From positions 544,001 to 608,000 of the forward strand of contig CAVRZA010000011.1 in the NCBI GenBank assembly GCA_963725665.1: a DNA stretch of 64,000 nucleotides, written 5' to 3'. A program made the position numbers and the translations under genes. Position 1 is the stretch's first letter; every line of letters starts with the position of its first letter. This document shows, in pieces, positions 54,694 through 64,000 of this stretch. Under the pieces are notes generated by a model that did not search any database, was not told where the DNA came from, and saw only the letters and a program-made list of their open reading frames with translations. This DNA is from an uncultured Actinomycetes bacterium (lineage in GTDB: Bacteria > Actinomycetota > Thermoleophilia > UBA2241).

Positions 54694-55704
54694 GTGATCG
54701 ATCCCCAGCAGCTACGCGACACGCTTGCCGCACTCGGCGAGCCGGCCTATCGCACACGGCAGGTCTACCACGCGCTTACGAGGGGTCTTGCGACCTCCTT
54801 CGCCGAGATGTCGACGCTGCCCCTGCGTCTGCGAGGGGAGCTCGAGGAGCGTCTGACGCCGGTGACGCTCGCGGAGGTGGAGGCGCGCGTCGCCGCGAGC
54901 GGCGACGCGCGCAAGGTCCTCTTTCGCACCCGCGACGGCCTGCCGGCTGAGGCCGTCCTCATGGTCTACCGGCGGCGGGCCAGCGTGTGCGTCTCGACCC
55001 AGGTCGGCTGCGCGGTGCGCTGCGCCTTCTGCGCATCGGGCTCCCGAGGTCTGCGCCGCAATCTAACGGCGGTGGAGATGGTCGACCAGGTGCTGCATTT
55101 CGCGCGGTTGTTGCGCGACAGCCAGCGGCAGGTCACGAACGTCGTCTTCATGGGCATGGGGGAGCCCTTTCTGGCCTACGACGAGACGCTCGGTGCCTGC
55201 CGTCTGCTGAACGACCCTGATGGGTTCGCCCTCGGCGCGCGCGCCATCTCGGTGTCGACGGCCGGGGTCGTGCCGGGGATCCTGCGCTTCGCACGCGAGC
55301 CGTTGCAGCTCAACCTGGCCGTGAGTCTTCACGCCGGCACGGACGAGCTGCGTGACAGGCTCGTGCCGCTCAACAGGACTTACCCGCTCACGGAGGTGTT
55401 CAAGGCTTGCGATCGCTACGTCGAGGCGACGAGACGCAAGCTCTTCTTCGAGTACGTCGTCTTGGCCGGATTGAACGACACGGAGGAGCAGGTGCGCGCC
55501 GTGGCGGGGCGCCTTCGGCGGCCGCTCTACCACCTCAACTTGATCGCCTACAACGACACGGGCGGCGAGTTCGCGCGACCGTCGTCGCGCCAACTCGCCG
55601 CCCTGCGTCAGGCGTTCGAACGGGCCGGCGTCGCGGTGACCGTCAGACGCTCACCCGGCGGCGACATCGACGCCGCGTGCGGCCAGCTCGCCCTCAGGCT
55701 ATGA
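54694..55704 (+). CDS. rlmN: 23S rRNA/tRNA C2-methyltransferase RlmN (probably leaderless)
   Basis: CVSTQVGCAVRCAFCASG, VFMGMGEP, SLHA, DIDAACGQL. TACAAT lies 7 nt before the GTG. Confidence 0.95.
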   Translation: MIDPQQLRDTLAALGEPAYRTRQVYHALTRGLATSFAEMSTLPLRLRGELEERLTPVTLAEVEARVAASGDARKVLFRTRDGLPAEAVLMVYRRRASVCVSTQVGCAVRCAFCASGSRGLRRNLTAVEMVDQVLHFARLLRDSQRQVTNVVFMGMGEPFLAYDETLGACRLLNDPDGFALGARAISVSTAGVVPGILRFAREPLQLNLAVSLHAGTDELRDRLVPLNRTYPLTEVFKACDRYVEATRRKLFFEYVVLAGLNDTEEQVRAVAGRLRRPLYHLNLIAYNDTGGEFARPSSRQLAALRQAFERAGVAVTVRRSPGGDIDAACGQLALRL

Positions 55705-56100
55705 GGTGGCCTGCACGAACTCGGCCTCGATGCTGAGCTTCACGTCGTCGCCGACGAGCAACCCTCCCGCTTCGGTGACCACGTTCCAGGTCAGGGCGTA
55801 GTCCTTGCGGTTCAGCTTGCCCGTGGCGCTCAGGCCCAGGCGCGTGCCGCCCCAGGGATCCACTACGGGCCCGGTGACGTCCTCCTGGAGCGTGACCTCG
55901 CGGGTTATGTCTTTGATCGTCAGGTCGCCGGTGATCGCGTAGTCGGCGCCCGATCCCTCGACCCGGGTGATGGTGTACTTCATGTCGGGATAGGTCTCGG
56001 CGTCGAAGAAGTCAGGCGAGCGCAGGTGGGCGTCGCGTTGGTCTTCGCGGGTGTTGACGCTGGCCGTCTTGACGGCGACGGTGCCCCTCGTCCCGGTGCG
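55699..56100 (-). pseudogene. YceI-family protein lacking its N-terminal part
   Basis: ASVNTR..QRDAHLRSPDFFDAETYP..., GDLTIKDITREV, DPWG, LNRKDY.LTWN. No room for the N-terminal strands before galT. Confidence 0.6.
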
Positions 56101-56104
56101 GCCA

Positions 56105-57058
56105 CTACAGGGCCGCGCGCAGGAGCGCTGCCGCCTCAAGGGGGTCGACGATGTTCACGGTGATGTCGGTGCCCAGCTCGAAGCCGGCGAGGACGGCCGT
56201 CTTGGGGGCGATCTCGATGTGCCAGTGGTAGGGGCCGTGGCCGACGAAGGGCGCCGTGTGCAGCCAGTAGTTCAGGGCACTGTTGCCGGTCACGGCGTTC
56301 AGGGCGCGCAGGGCTCGCTGCAGCGCCCGGGCGACGACGGGCGCTGTTGCGAGCGCGAACGACTCCTCGTGCTCGCGTGGCGCCAGCCAGAGCTCGTAGC
56401 CGAAGCGCGAGGCGTCCGGCGTCCAGGCGACGAGCTCGTCTGCGAAGACCAGCCGCTCGCCAGCCGCTCGCCAGAGCGAGCACAGGAGGCAGCCGCCCCG
56501 CTCTCTTTCGTAGGTGGCGAAGCGCTCCAGCTCGGTCTGGAGCAGCGGCGGGACGATCGGCATGCCGAAGAGCTGCGAGTGGGGGTGGGCGAGCGAGGCG
56601 CCCGCCTCGCGGCCGCGATTGAGGATGATCGTCGCGGCCGCGTCCCCGGCCGCCTCGCTCGCCGCCAGCCGACGCTGGTACATGTGTACCACGTCGGTGA
56701 CCTGCTCGGGCGAAAGCCGTTCCAGGTCGTCGTGGTGCTGGGGGGAGTGCGCGATCACCTCGTTGCGCCCCTGCGGCGGCGCCAGGGCGGGGTACTTGTT
56801 GGGTACGACGCGCACCCGCCAACCGGGCTGGTCGGGGGCGCTCGGGTCGTCGCGGAACGCGTCGAGCTCCGGCGGCGTCAGCGCCTCGTTGCCCTCGCAG
56901 AAGGGGCAGACGGCTGAGGAACCTCCGAGGTCCGAGGGACGCACGCCACGCGCAGCTGTGATGGCCGTCCACTTGCCCGAGAGGGTGTTGCGACGCAGGA
57001 TCGGCCCCGGCACGGAGGGGGAGAGACGCGACTGAGCGCGTGGTGGCTCGTCGGTCAC
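56105..57058 (-). CDS. galT: Galactose-1-phosphate uridylyltransferase-like protein
   Basis: CPFCEGNE..TPPE, RVVPNKYPAL, AGASLAHPHSQ, YHWHIEI, AGFELGT. Confidence 0.9.
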   Translation of the reverse strand: MTDEPPRAQSRLSPSVPGPILRRNTLSGKWTAITAARGVRPSDLGGSSAVCPFCEGNEALTPPELDAFRDDPSAPDQPGWRVRVVPNKYPALAPPQGRNEVIAHSPQHHDDLERLSPEQVTDVVHMYQRRLAASEAAGDAAATIILNRGREAGASLAHPHSQLFGMPIVPPLLQTELERFATYERERGGCLLCSLWRAAGERLVFADELVAWTPDASRFGYELWLAPREHEESFALATAPVVARALQRALRALNAVTGNSALNYWLHTAPFVGHGPYHWHIEIAPKTAVLAGFELGTDITVNIVDPLEAAALLRAAL

Positions 57059-57082
57059 CAGCGCGTGTCCTTGCGGCGGGGA

Positions 57083-57850
57083 CTAGGTCTCGGCGTCGAG
57101 CGTCGAGCCGAAGTCGGTCTTCTGCTCGCGGTGGGTCGTCTCGAGGTCCGTCTTCTCGACGGTGTCGCGTGACTTGTACAGCTTGCGCGAGTCCTGGACC
57201 TGCTCGTAGGCGTCATCGATGACCGCTCCCATCTTGCGCCACAGACAGACGTCCCTCTTGAGGTACTTGGTCTTGATCACATCGTCGCAACGCGGTTCCA
57301 GCGGGCAGGCGAAGCATACCTCGTTGTCGACCACCGTCTTCTGCACGCGGGCTACCTCGCCCTCGTCGATGCGGCGGTAGGCATCGAGCAGGAGCTGCTG
57401 GACGTTGGCCTGGATCGACACGCGAAAATCGGGCATCCTCTCGGGCTCGTCGTAGAGGAAGACGCCGTTCTGCCACTGCGCGAGGGCGAAGACCTGGTCC
57501 GTCAACTGGCGCGCCATGACCTCCTGCACCGTCTGCGCGTTGGTCCACCCCTTGTCGATGAGGCGCTGGCCGAGTGGCTTGGCCTTCTTCTCCTCGTGCG
57601 TCATCGTGGCCTCTTCCATGAGCGCCTCGGCGAGCTGCTGATCCGTGAGGGCGCCGGCACGCACGAGGCGGTTGCCGAGCTTCTCGTCGGTGACGGGGAG
57701 GGAGATCGCCTCGACGTGCCCGCCTACAAGGTAGACGAAGCCGAACTCGTCGAAGTCGCGCACCTCGACCACGCCGCTGGCCTCAGCCTGGGCCAGGAAC
57801 TGCAGCACGCTCGCCAGGTTGAAGCGCCGTATCGAGCCCTCGAGCAACAT
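57083..57850 (-). CDS. DUF4388 domain protein with C-terminal Cys cluster
   Basis: LEGSI..F.LASVLQFL...SG, KLGNRLV..G.LT..QL.EAL, W.NG.F, LLLDAYRRIDE, CFAC..C..C. Confidence 0.75.
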   Translation of the reverse strand: MLLEGSIRRFNLASVLQFLAQAEASGVVEVRDFDEFGFVYLVGGHVEAISLPVTDEKLGNRLVRAGALTDQQLAEALMEEATMTHEEKKAKPLGQRLIDKGWTNAQTVQEVMARQLTDQVFALAQWQNGVFLYDEPERMPDFRVSIQANVQQLLLDAYRRIDEGEVARVQKTVVDNEVCFACPLEPRCDDVIKTKYLKRDVCLWRKMGAVIDDAYEQVQDSRKLYKSRDTVEKTDLETTHREQKTDFGSTLDAET

Positions 57851-57976
57851 ACCCCCCTTAGTCGGCAAGATGCCGGTGGATACTTAGTTCGCTGCGCGGT
57901 CCTCGGGGCGTCCGACAGGCGAGCGCCGGCGGTCTGGCGTCGAGCGGGGGACGGGCGCGAGGGGCGGTCGGCTTCG

Positions 57977-58006
57977 TTGACCGCCCCTCGCGCCCACGTC
58001 TATACT
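57977..58006 (+). promoter_or_regulatory. Sigma70-type promoter of the rpmH operon
   Basis: TTGACC-N18-TATACT. Confidence 0.65.
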
Positions 58007-58068
58007 CCACTCTTTGGATACGCGCGAGACCGTCGGCGCCCGCCGCCTGCTACACAAGTGAGGACCAC

Positions 58069-58203
58069 GTGAAGAGGACGTACCAGCCGAACACCCGCAA
58101 GCGCAAGAAGACCCACGGCTTCCGCAAGCGCATGAGCACCAAGGCTGGTCGTTTGGTCATCAAGCGCCGTCGGCAGAAGGGTCGCAAGCGGCTGTCGGCG
58201 TAG
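58069..58203 (+). CDS. rpmH: 50S ribosomal protein L34
   Basis: [44 protein letters not shown]. Confidence 0.98.
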   Translation: MKRTYQPNTRKRKKTHGFRKRMSTKAGRLVIKRRRQKGRKRLSA

Positions 58204-58212
58204 CGGCGCGAG

Positions 58213-58605
58213 GTGAAGGCTCGCTCGCGCCTGTCGCGCTCCAGCGACTTCCAGAGGGTCTACCGCCAGGGCAGCTCGACCGCGTCGCGCTTCCTGGTCT
58301 TGTACTACTTCAAGCGTTCGTCCGAGGCGGCCGGCGAGGGGTCGCGGATTGGCCTCTCGGTCTCGAAGAAGCTCGGTGGAGCCGTTGTTCGCAACCGGAT
58401 CAAGCGTCTGCTGCGCGAGGCCTTCAGAGGCTGTGAAGCGCGGCTGGCGCAGGAGTTCGATTACGTTGTCATCGCACGTCCCCAGCTTCTCGAGCTCGTG
58501 GGGGACGACAAGAAAGGCGCCGTGACGCAAGCCCTCGTCGAGCTGCTGGAGAAGGCCTCCCTCCTCGGGCCGACCGATGCCTCCGCGTCGGAGAGGGCAG
58601 GCTAG
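58213..58605 (+). CDS. rnpA: Ribonuclease P protein component
   Basis: RL..S.DFQRVY, RIGLSVSKKLGGAVVRNRIKRLLRE. Confidence 0.96.
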   Translation: MKARSRLSRSSDFQRVYRQGSSTASRFLVLYYFKRSSEAAGEGSRIGLSVSKKLGGAVVRNRIKRLLREAFRGCEARLAQEFDYVVIARPQLLELVGDDKKGAVTQALVELLEKASLLGPTDASASERAG

Positions 58606-58614
58606 GAAGCTAGC

Positions 58615-58836
58615 ATGAGCAGGATCCTCATCGCCCTGATCAGGGCCTACCAGTACGCCATCTCGCCGCTGTTGGGCGCGCGCTGCAAGTACTACCCGAG
58701 CTGTTCCGCCTACACGCTCGAGGCCATCAAGGTCCATGGGCCGCTGAAGGGCGTGGCTATGGGCGCCTGGCGCATCCTGCGCTGCAACCCGTTCAGCAAC
58801 GGCGGCTTCGATCCTGTGCCGCCGAGGCGAGCCTGA
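58615..58836 (+). CDS. yidD: Membrane protein insertion efficiency factor
   Basis: YQYAISP...CKYYPSCS.Y...[16 protein letters not shown]. Confidence 0.96.
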   Translation: MSRILIALIRAYQYAISPLLGARCKYYPSCSAYTLEAIKVHGPLKGVAMGAWRILRCNPFSNGGFDPVPPRRA

Positions 58837-58837
58837 C

Positions 58838-59911
58838 GTGTCACACCTCGCCTTCTTCTTCCCGCTGACGGCCGACCTCGCCCACGCGCTGTGGGGTCTC
58901 CATCATCTGCCGACCGTCGCCGCGTCGAGTCCTTTCAGCGGCCTGAAGGAGCTCTTCAACTTCCTCTTCGGATGGCTCTACGACCTCCTCAAGTGGCTGC
59001 TCACCGAGCTGCACACGTGGCTCGAGCCCACGTTCGGTTCGCAGGCGTGGGGCGTGGCCATCATCGTGCTGACGATCATCGTCCGCCTCGTCCTCTTCCC
59101 GCTCACCTTCAAGCAGTACCAGGGCGCCCTGCGCATGCAGGCGCTGCAGCCGAAGATCAAAGAGCTGCAGCGCAAGTACAAGAACGACCGCGCCCTGCTG
59201 CAGCAGGAGACCATGAAGCTCTACCAGCAGTACCGGGTGAACCCCTTCGCCTCGTGCCTGCCGGTGCTGCTGCAGCTACCCGTCTTCATCTGCCTTTACT
59301 ACGCCATCCGCAACACCGAAGCTCTCAAGACGGCGCCCTTCCTGTGGATCCCCGAGCTCGGCCAGCCTGACCCCTACTACATCCTCTTCGTCCTCTACAT
59401 CGTCACGCAGATGATCTCGACCGAGCTGACGATGACGCCGTCCACCGACCCGCAGCAGAAGTGGATCATGCGCGCCATGCCGATCTTCTTCGTCTTCATC
59501 CTCTACCGCTTCCCCTCGGGCCTCTTCCTCTACTGGGTCACGACCAACCTGTGGACGATCGGGCAGCAGCTCATCATCCGCCGCACGATGCACGTCGAGC
59601 TCACTCCCGTAGCTGAAGGTCAGCAGCGAAGACACGGACGTTTCATGTCTGCTTTGATGCAGGCTCAGGAACAGCGAGAGACCCAGGCGGGGAAGAAGGG
59701 TCCGTCCGGTCAGCCTGCTGGCGGCAAGACCCCCGGCGCGAAGCGCACCGGCGCGAGCTCGGGCGGCAAGGGGACGAAGCCGCGCCAGGGCAAGCCGACC
59801 GGCAGACCCGCCCGCGGCACCAACCCTCCGTCGGGCGGCGGGCAGCGACCGCCGGGCAAAGCCGCCGGGCCCGGCAAGAAGACAACCCCCGGCGAGAGGC
59901 CGAAGAGCTAG
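58838..59911 (+). CDS. yidC: Membrane protein insertase YidC
   Basis: WGVAIIVLTIIVR..LFPL, LQPKIKELQ, NPFASCLPVLLQLP, PSGLFLYW..N; long basic C-terminal tail. Confidence 0.95.
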   Translation: MSHLAFFFPLTADLAHALWGLHHLPTVAASSPFSGLKELFNFLFGWLYDLLKWLLTELHTWLEPTFGSQAWGVAIIVLTIIVRLVLFPLTFKQYQGALRMQALQPKIKELQRKYKNDRALLQQETMKLYQQYRVNPFASCLPVLLQLPVFICLYYAIRNTEALKTAPFLWIPELGQPDPYYILFVLYIVTQMISTELTMTPSTDPQQKWIMRAMPIFFVFILYRFPSGLFLYWVTTNLWTIGQQLIIRRTMHVELTPVAEGQQRRHGRFMSALMQAQEQRETQAGKKGPSGQPAGGKTPGAKRTGASSGGKGTKPRQGKPTGRPARGTNPPSGGGQRPPGKAAGPGKKTTPGERPKS

Positions 59912-59931
59912 AGAAGCGGGAGCGTGCAGCG

Positions 59932-60693
59932 ATGGACGATCTCAACGGGACACCTCCCGACCAGACCGCCGACGACCAGGCGGCCGAAGACCAAACGGCG
60001 GATATCGCTGAAGAGACCGAGTTCGCCACTGTGGCCAGCGGGCCGACGGTCGAGGCGGCCAAGGCCAAGGCGCTCGAGCAGTTGCGCAAGGTCGTGCCGT
60101 ACGTCAGCGAGGTCGACGTCGAGTTCATCGTGCTCGACGAGGGTGGCCAGGGCGGCTTCCTCGGCATGGGCAAGAGTCACCCGCGTGTCGAGGCGCACCT
60201 GCGGCCGAGCGGCGAGCGGGTCGACGAGGGGATGCCGGCGGCGCGCGAGCAGTTGCGCGAGTTCATCGAGCACGTAACCGAGGCCATGGGGCTCGACGTG
60301 CACATAGACGTCTCAGAGACGCCGGAGTCGATCGTAGCCGATGTCGCCGGCGACGACCTGGGCATCCTCATCGGGCGTCACGGCCAGACGATCGACGCCT
60401 TGCAGTACCTGGCGGCCATCGCGGTCAACAGCCACCGCCAGAGCCGACGGCAGATCGTCATCGACGCCGAGGGATACCGCGAGCGGCGGGAGTCGTCACT
60501 CAAGGCGCTGGCCGACCGCACGGCGCAGAAGGTGACCCGCAACGCGGCGCCCATCGAGCTGCTGCCCATGACGGCCACCGAGCGCAAGATCATCCACCTG
60601 CACCTCAAGGACCACCCCCGCGTCGAGACGGTCTCCGAGGGCGTCGAGCCCTACCGCAAGGTCATCGTCTCACTCAAGCGCCGCGGCCAGTAG
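59932..60693 (+). CDS. jag: Jag/KhpB RNA-binding protein (Jag_N, KH, R3H)
   Basis: GGFLGMG, LIGRHGQTIDALQYL, YRERRE..L, ERKIIH, SEGVEPYR.V. Confidence 0.94.
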   Translation: MDDLNGTPPDQTADDQAAEDQTADIAEETEFATVASGPTVEAAKAKALEQLRKVVPYVSEVDVEFIVLDEGGQGGFLGMGKSHPRVEAHLRPSGERVDEGMPAAREQLREFIEHVTEAMGLDVHIDVSETPESIVADVAGDDLGILIGRHGQTIDALQYLAAIAVNSHRQSRRQIVIDAEGYRERRESSLKALADRTAQKVTRNAAPIELLPMTATERKIIHLHLKDHPRVETVSEGVEPYRKVIVSLKRRGQ

Positions 60694-60809
60694 GTCCGTC
60701 CGGCGACGCGCACGTCAAGTGCGGCGTCGCCTCAGCCGATACACGCTAGCGGGCCGCACATCGCGGCACTGCTGCGCCTCGTGGCAACAGACCATCCCGG
60801 GAGGGTGTG

Positions 60810-61826
60810 ATGCGCCGAACAGTGCGGATCGCCGGACTCGCCGCTGCGCTGCTCGTGGCTGCGCTCGCGCTGGCCGCCTGCGGCGTCCAGAAGATCGACG
60901 GCATGACTGCCACCGACATCGTGGCCAAGAGCAACGCCGCCATGCGGGACGTCAAGAGCGTCGCCATCGACGGCAGCCTCGAGATCACCATCACGGGCGA
61001 CAAGGACAAGGCCGGCGACCCCACGAGCGCGCTCCTGTTGGGTGCTCCCCTGAGTCTCACCATGAACGGGGTCGTCTCGGAGGAGCCGGTCGCCATGGAC
61101 ATGACGATCAAGGTGCCGCTCCTCGCCATGGTGTCCCCGGGGACTGAGACCATCCAGGAGCGTGTGATCGGCGACCGGATCTACCTCCGCTTCGGCGAGC
61201 AGTGGTACGGGATGAAGCAGCCCACGGCCAAGCCAGCCACACCGAGTCCCTCACCGTCGGTCTCCACCGAGCAGGTCCTCGGGGCCCTGAAGGGGCTGGG
61301 CGTCGACATCAACGCTTGGGTCAAGGACAAGCAGGACTTGACAGCGGAACAGCTCGACGGCCACGCGGTCTACCGCGTGAGCGAGGAGGTCGACGTCGAC
61401 GCCCTCGCTGACGGTGTCGCCAAGCTGCTGGCGCACGCCGGCTCGCTGCAGGAGCTGGTTCCGAGTGAGCAGAGTGAAGTCACGCAGCAGCAGCTCGACA
61501 TACTCAAGGCGCAGAGCGGCCGCGTCGCCGAGTCCTTGAAGGAGTACCTGAGAGGCGCGACGGTCGATCTCTGGATAGAGAAGGGGAGCTTCTACCTCGA
61601 CAAGATGGCGTTCAGCGCCGATATCGACCTGCCCGATGAGGCTGTCGAGAAGGGCATGAGCAATGTGAAGCTCGCCCTAAGCTTCGCTCTCTCCCGCTTC
61701 AACGAGCCGGTACAGGTCGAGAAACCGACCGACGTCAAACCACTCGCCAAGGCGCTGCCGGGGATGTGGCAGACGGGCGGCGCCGCGGGCGGCGCACTGC
61801 TGCCCGGAGCTTCACAGAGCTTCTAG
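60810..61826 (+). CDS. Lipoprotein, probable LolA/LppX-like fold
   Basis: Lipobox LAAC; beta-rich body ending SRFNEPVQVEKP. Confidence 0.7.
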   Translation: MRRTVRIAGLAAALLVAALALAACGVQKIDGMTATDIVAKSNAAMRDVKSVAIDGSLEITITGDKDKAGDPTSALLLGAPLSLTMNGVVSEEPVAMDMTIKVPLLAMVSPGTETIQERVIGDRIYLRFGEQWYGMKQPTAKPATPSPSPSVSTEQVLGALKGLGVDINAWVKDKQDLTAEQLDGHAVYRVSEEVDVDALADGVAKLLAHAGSLQELVPSEQSEVTQQQLDILKAQSGRVAESLKEYLRGATVDLWIEKGSFYLDKMAFSADIDLPDEAVEKGMSNVKLALSFALSRFNEPVQVEKPTDVKPLAKALPGMWQTGGAAGGALLPGASQSF

Positions 61827-61897
61827 AGGCGGCTCTGGATCCCCTCGGGGGGACGTGCCTTTCGGTAGGCGCGAACGCGCGCGACTTCGACGGCAGG

Positions 61898-63322
61898 CTA
61901 GCGGCCCCAGTCGAAGTCGCGCGCGTTCTGGTTCTCCCAGGGTACGACGGCTTCGTCGTCGGTGCGCTGTCCCATCATCGACTTCGAGATGATCACCCCG
62001 CTGGTGACGCTCGCAGTCGAAACACTAGGCTCCACGTCCGCGGCCGTCTCTTCTTTCGGAGTCGGACGCTTGCCAAACGTCGGCGAGAGCTGCACCGTGC
62101 CGTCGCTCCTGACCGTGCCGTTGGGCTGGAGCTCGGCGAGCTCCTCATAGCCCCGCTCGGCCAGGCTCACGCCGCCGGAGCCCTCAGTGAGTACCGAGAA
62201 GCGGTACCAGCCGAGCGGCCAGACGTAGGTCACGCTGATGCTGGCATCGGGCTCGACGGCGACGTGCACGAAGGGCACACCGAGGCTCGCGCTCGTTTCG
62301 GCGATCTTCTTCGGCACTGCGCTCACGTTGAGGATGTCGACACCACGCTGCACAAGGTGCAGCTCCTCGTCGGTCAGGTAGTCGTCCGCGGCGCCAGTGT
62401 CCACCGGCCAGGCGTGCTCGCCTTCGTCCGCGGCAGCGGCGCTCTCGGCTGCGATACCGTCAGCCGCGCCCTCGGCAGCGACACCGGCAGCGGCGCTCTC
62501 GGCGGCGAGGATCTGATCGCTGGTGAGGGTCCCCGGCAGCGTGTCCTCGAGGTCTCCCTCACGCTCCTCGTCGACAGGCGGCCCCGGCGATTCCTCTGCG
62601 GCCACGCCGGCCGCCGCGACGTCGGCCACGGCCGGCGTCATCTCATGCTGAGCCGGTGCTGCGACGCTCTCGGCCTCCGCCGTCTCGTGCTGAGCCGGCG
62701 CGGCCATGCTCTCGGCGGCTGCCGCCTCGGAATCGGGAGCTGCGGCGGCGTCGGGCTCCGACATCGTTTCGAGAGCTGCGGCGGCGTCGGGCTCCGACAC
62801 CGTTTCCAGAGCCGCAGCGGCGTCAATCTCCGGCGCTGCATCCGGAGCCGCGGCGGCAGTGGGCTCAGATACGGCCTCTGGAGCAGCAGCGTCGCGCTCT
62901 GGCGCCGAATCGAGCGCCGCACCACCACCACCCGGCTCCGCCGCCTCGAGAGCGGCGTCGCTTGCGCCACGAAGGACGGCGAGCTCGGCGAGCAGCTCTT
63001 CCTTCTCGGCCTCGGTCTGCTCGAGGCGCGCGCGCAGATCCTCGATCTCCGCGTCCTTCTCCTTGAGCGCGAGCCAGAAGGCGTCGCTCCTTCGCTTCGT
63101 CTCGCGTCCGTTCGCGGAAGCCGGCTGGTCGCCGTCGGCCATCGGCATCTCCACGGCGGGCGACCGGCTCGAGCGTGACTGGCTGCAGAGGGAGCACAGG
63201 AGCACCTCGTCGCCGTCGTCTGCGATCATCCTCTGAGTCCACTCGCCGGCGAGGAGCGTGCGTCCGCACGAGGCACAACGGGTCTCGTCGGCAGGTTCTC
63301 TCTTGCGACCGAAGGGCCACAT
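61898..63322 (-). CDS. Hypothetical protein: Zn-ribbon + coiled coil + acidic repeats + conserved-looking C-terminal domain
   Basis: CASCGRTLLAGE...LCSLC, LKEKDAEIEDLRARLEQ, Ala/Glu repeats, WPLGWYRF. Confidence 0.75.
   Translation of the reverse strand: MWPFGRKREPADETRCASCGRTLLAGEWTQRMIADDGDEVLLCSLCSQSRSSRSPAVEMPMADGDQPASANGRETKRRSDAFWLALKEKDAEIEDLRARLEQTEAEKEELLAELAVLRGASDAALEAAEPGGGGAALDSAPERDAAAPEAVSEPTAAAAPDAAPEIDAAAALETVSEPDAAAALETMSEPDAAAAPDSEAAAAESMAAPAQHETAEAESVAAPAQHEMTPAVADVAAAGVAAEESPGPPVDEEREGDLEDTLPGTLTSDQILAAESAAAGVAAEGAADGIAAESAAAADEGEHAWPVDTGAADDYLTDEELHLVQRGVDILNVSAVPKKIAETSASLGVPFVHVAVEPDASISVTYVWPLGWYRFSVLTEGSGGVSLAERGYEELAELQPNGTVRSDGTVQLSPTFGKRPTPKEETAADVEPSVSTASVTSGVIISKSMMGQRTDDEAVVPWENQNARDFDWGR
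62640..62860 (-). repeat. In-frame tandem repeats (36-bp and 42-bp units)
   Basis: AAALET(V/M)SEPD repeats (gagctgcggcggcgtcgggctccgaca..) and ES(M/V)AAPAQHE repeats. Confidence 0.75.
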
Positions 63323-63442
63323 GGTGTACCCCCGTGGTGTCGGATGGGATGGCAGCCCGGGGGCTGCAAGGTTGCCGATTATAGCACGGAGGATCGTCGC
63401 CGAGACGCGCCGCTGAGCCCCTGGCCACCGGCTCGCTCTGCG

Positions 63443-64000
63443 TCAGGGGACAAGCTCGTAGACGCTGCCTGAGAGCGAGACCAGGTAGAGCTCGCCCGAG
63501 GCGTCGCGGCCGAAAGACGAGATCTGCGTCACCTGCCGCGAGACGGGAGCCTCCGCGACGCGGCCGCCGGGCCCCTTCATCATCCAGACTCGCCCGGAGC
63601 AGAAATCGGCGAAGAGGTAGTAGCCCGCCAGGGAGGGGATGGCGTTGCCGCGATAGACGTAGCCTCCGGTCACAGCGCAACCCTGGGTGTGCGCGTACTC
63701 GAACACCGGGAACTTGAGTCGCGCACGGTCTATCGGCTGCTGCTTGTAGACGTGATCGCCCTCGTAGTAGCTCCAGCCGAAGTTGGCGCCCGGCGGTGTG
63801 CCGGCCTTGAGGAAGTCGACCTCCTCCCATCTGTCCTGGCCCACGTCGCCGATCCACAGGTCGCCGTTCGCCGGGTCGAACGAGAAGCGCCAGGGGTTGC
63901 GCAGGCCGTAGGCGTACGTGTCGACGCGGGTCGGGGAGCCCCCGACGTCGAGGCGCAGGATCTTGGCCAGACGCACGCGCAGGTTCTGCCCGTAGTCGTG
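63443..64000 (-). CDS. PQQ-dependent sugar dehydrogenase (GSDH family), 5' part outside window
   Basis: YAYGLRNPWRFSFD, LWIGDVGQ..WEE, NFGW, AVTGGYVYRG, ISSFG.D..GELY. Confidence 0.9.
   Translation of the reverse strand, partial: HDYGQNLRVRLAKILRLDVGGSPTRVDTYAYGLRNPWRFSFDPANGDLWIGDVGQDRWEEVDFLKAGTPPGANFGWSYYEGDHVYKQQPIDRARLKFPVFEYAHTQGCAVTGGYVYRGNAIPSLAGYYLFADFCSGRVWMMKGPGGRVAEAPVSRQVTQISSFGRDASGELYLVSLSGSVYELVP

Noticed and set aside
57850-58068. oriC upstream of rpmH
   Set aside because: Short, GC-rich, no DnaA boxes or AT-rich unwinding element seen, and no dnaA adjacent.
62640-62860. CRISPR-like or mobile repeat array
   Set aside because: Repeats are in-frame coding units without unique spacers, and no cas genes are present.

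Overview
High-GC bacterial chromosomal segment. Gene content (selB/selC, the MttB and DUF711/ACT genes, a TrkA pair, a leaderless rlmN) would fit an actinobacterium, possibly Thermoleophilia-like; this is inference. The left end carries selenocysteine machinery (partial selB, tRNA-Sec), an NlpC/P60 hydrolase with a riboswitch-like leader, a multi-GAF GGDEF cyclase and two tandem secreted glucuronyl C5-epimerase-like genes. The centre (about 17.6-38.7 kb) is a large potassium-homeostasis island: two divergent kdp operons (FABC and FACB orders), a split KdpD, KdpE, a Na/K-type P-ATPase with two TrkA genes, a cNMP-CBS-DUF294 gene and several tiny membrane peptides. The most striking unannotated signal is a five-copy, rigidly spaced four-box operator/promoter (6-5-6-15-6-5-6, then 11 nt ending in GGG, then a -10-like hexamer). 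It links the second kdp operon, the DUF294 gene and three unannotated small membrane proteins into a putative KdpE regulon. The right part is mostly housekeeping: DEAD helicase, oxoprolinase, GNATs, ychF, rlmN, galT and rpmH-rnpA-yidD-yidC-jag with no adjacent dnaA. Many single-base frameshifts, densest at 17.5-23.5 kb, look like sequencing or consensus errors, so boundaries there are approximate.
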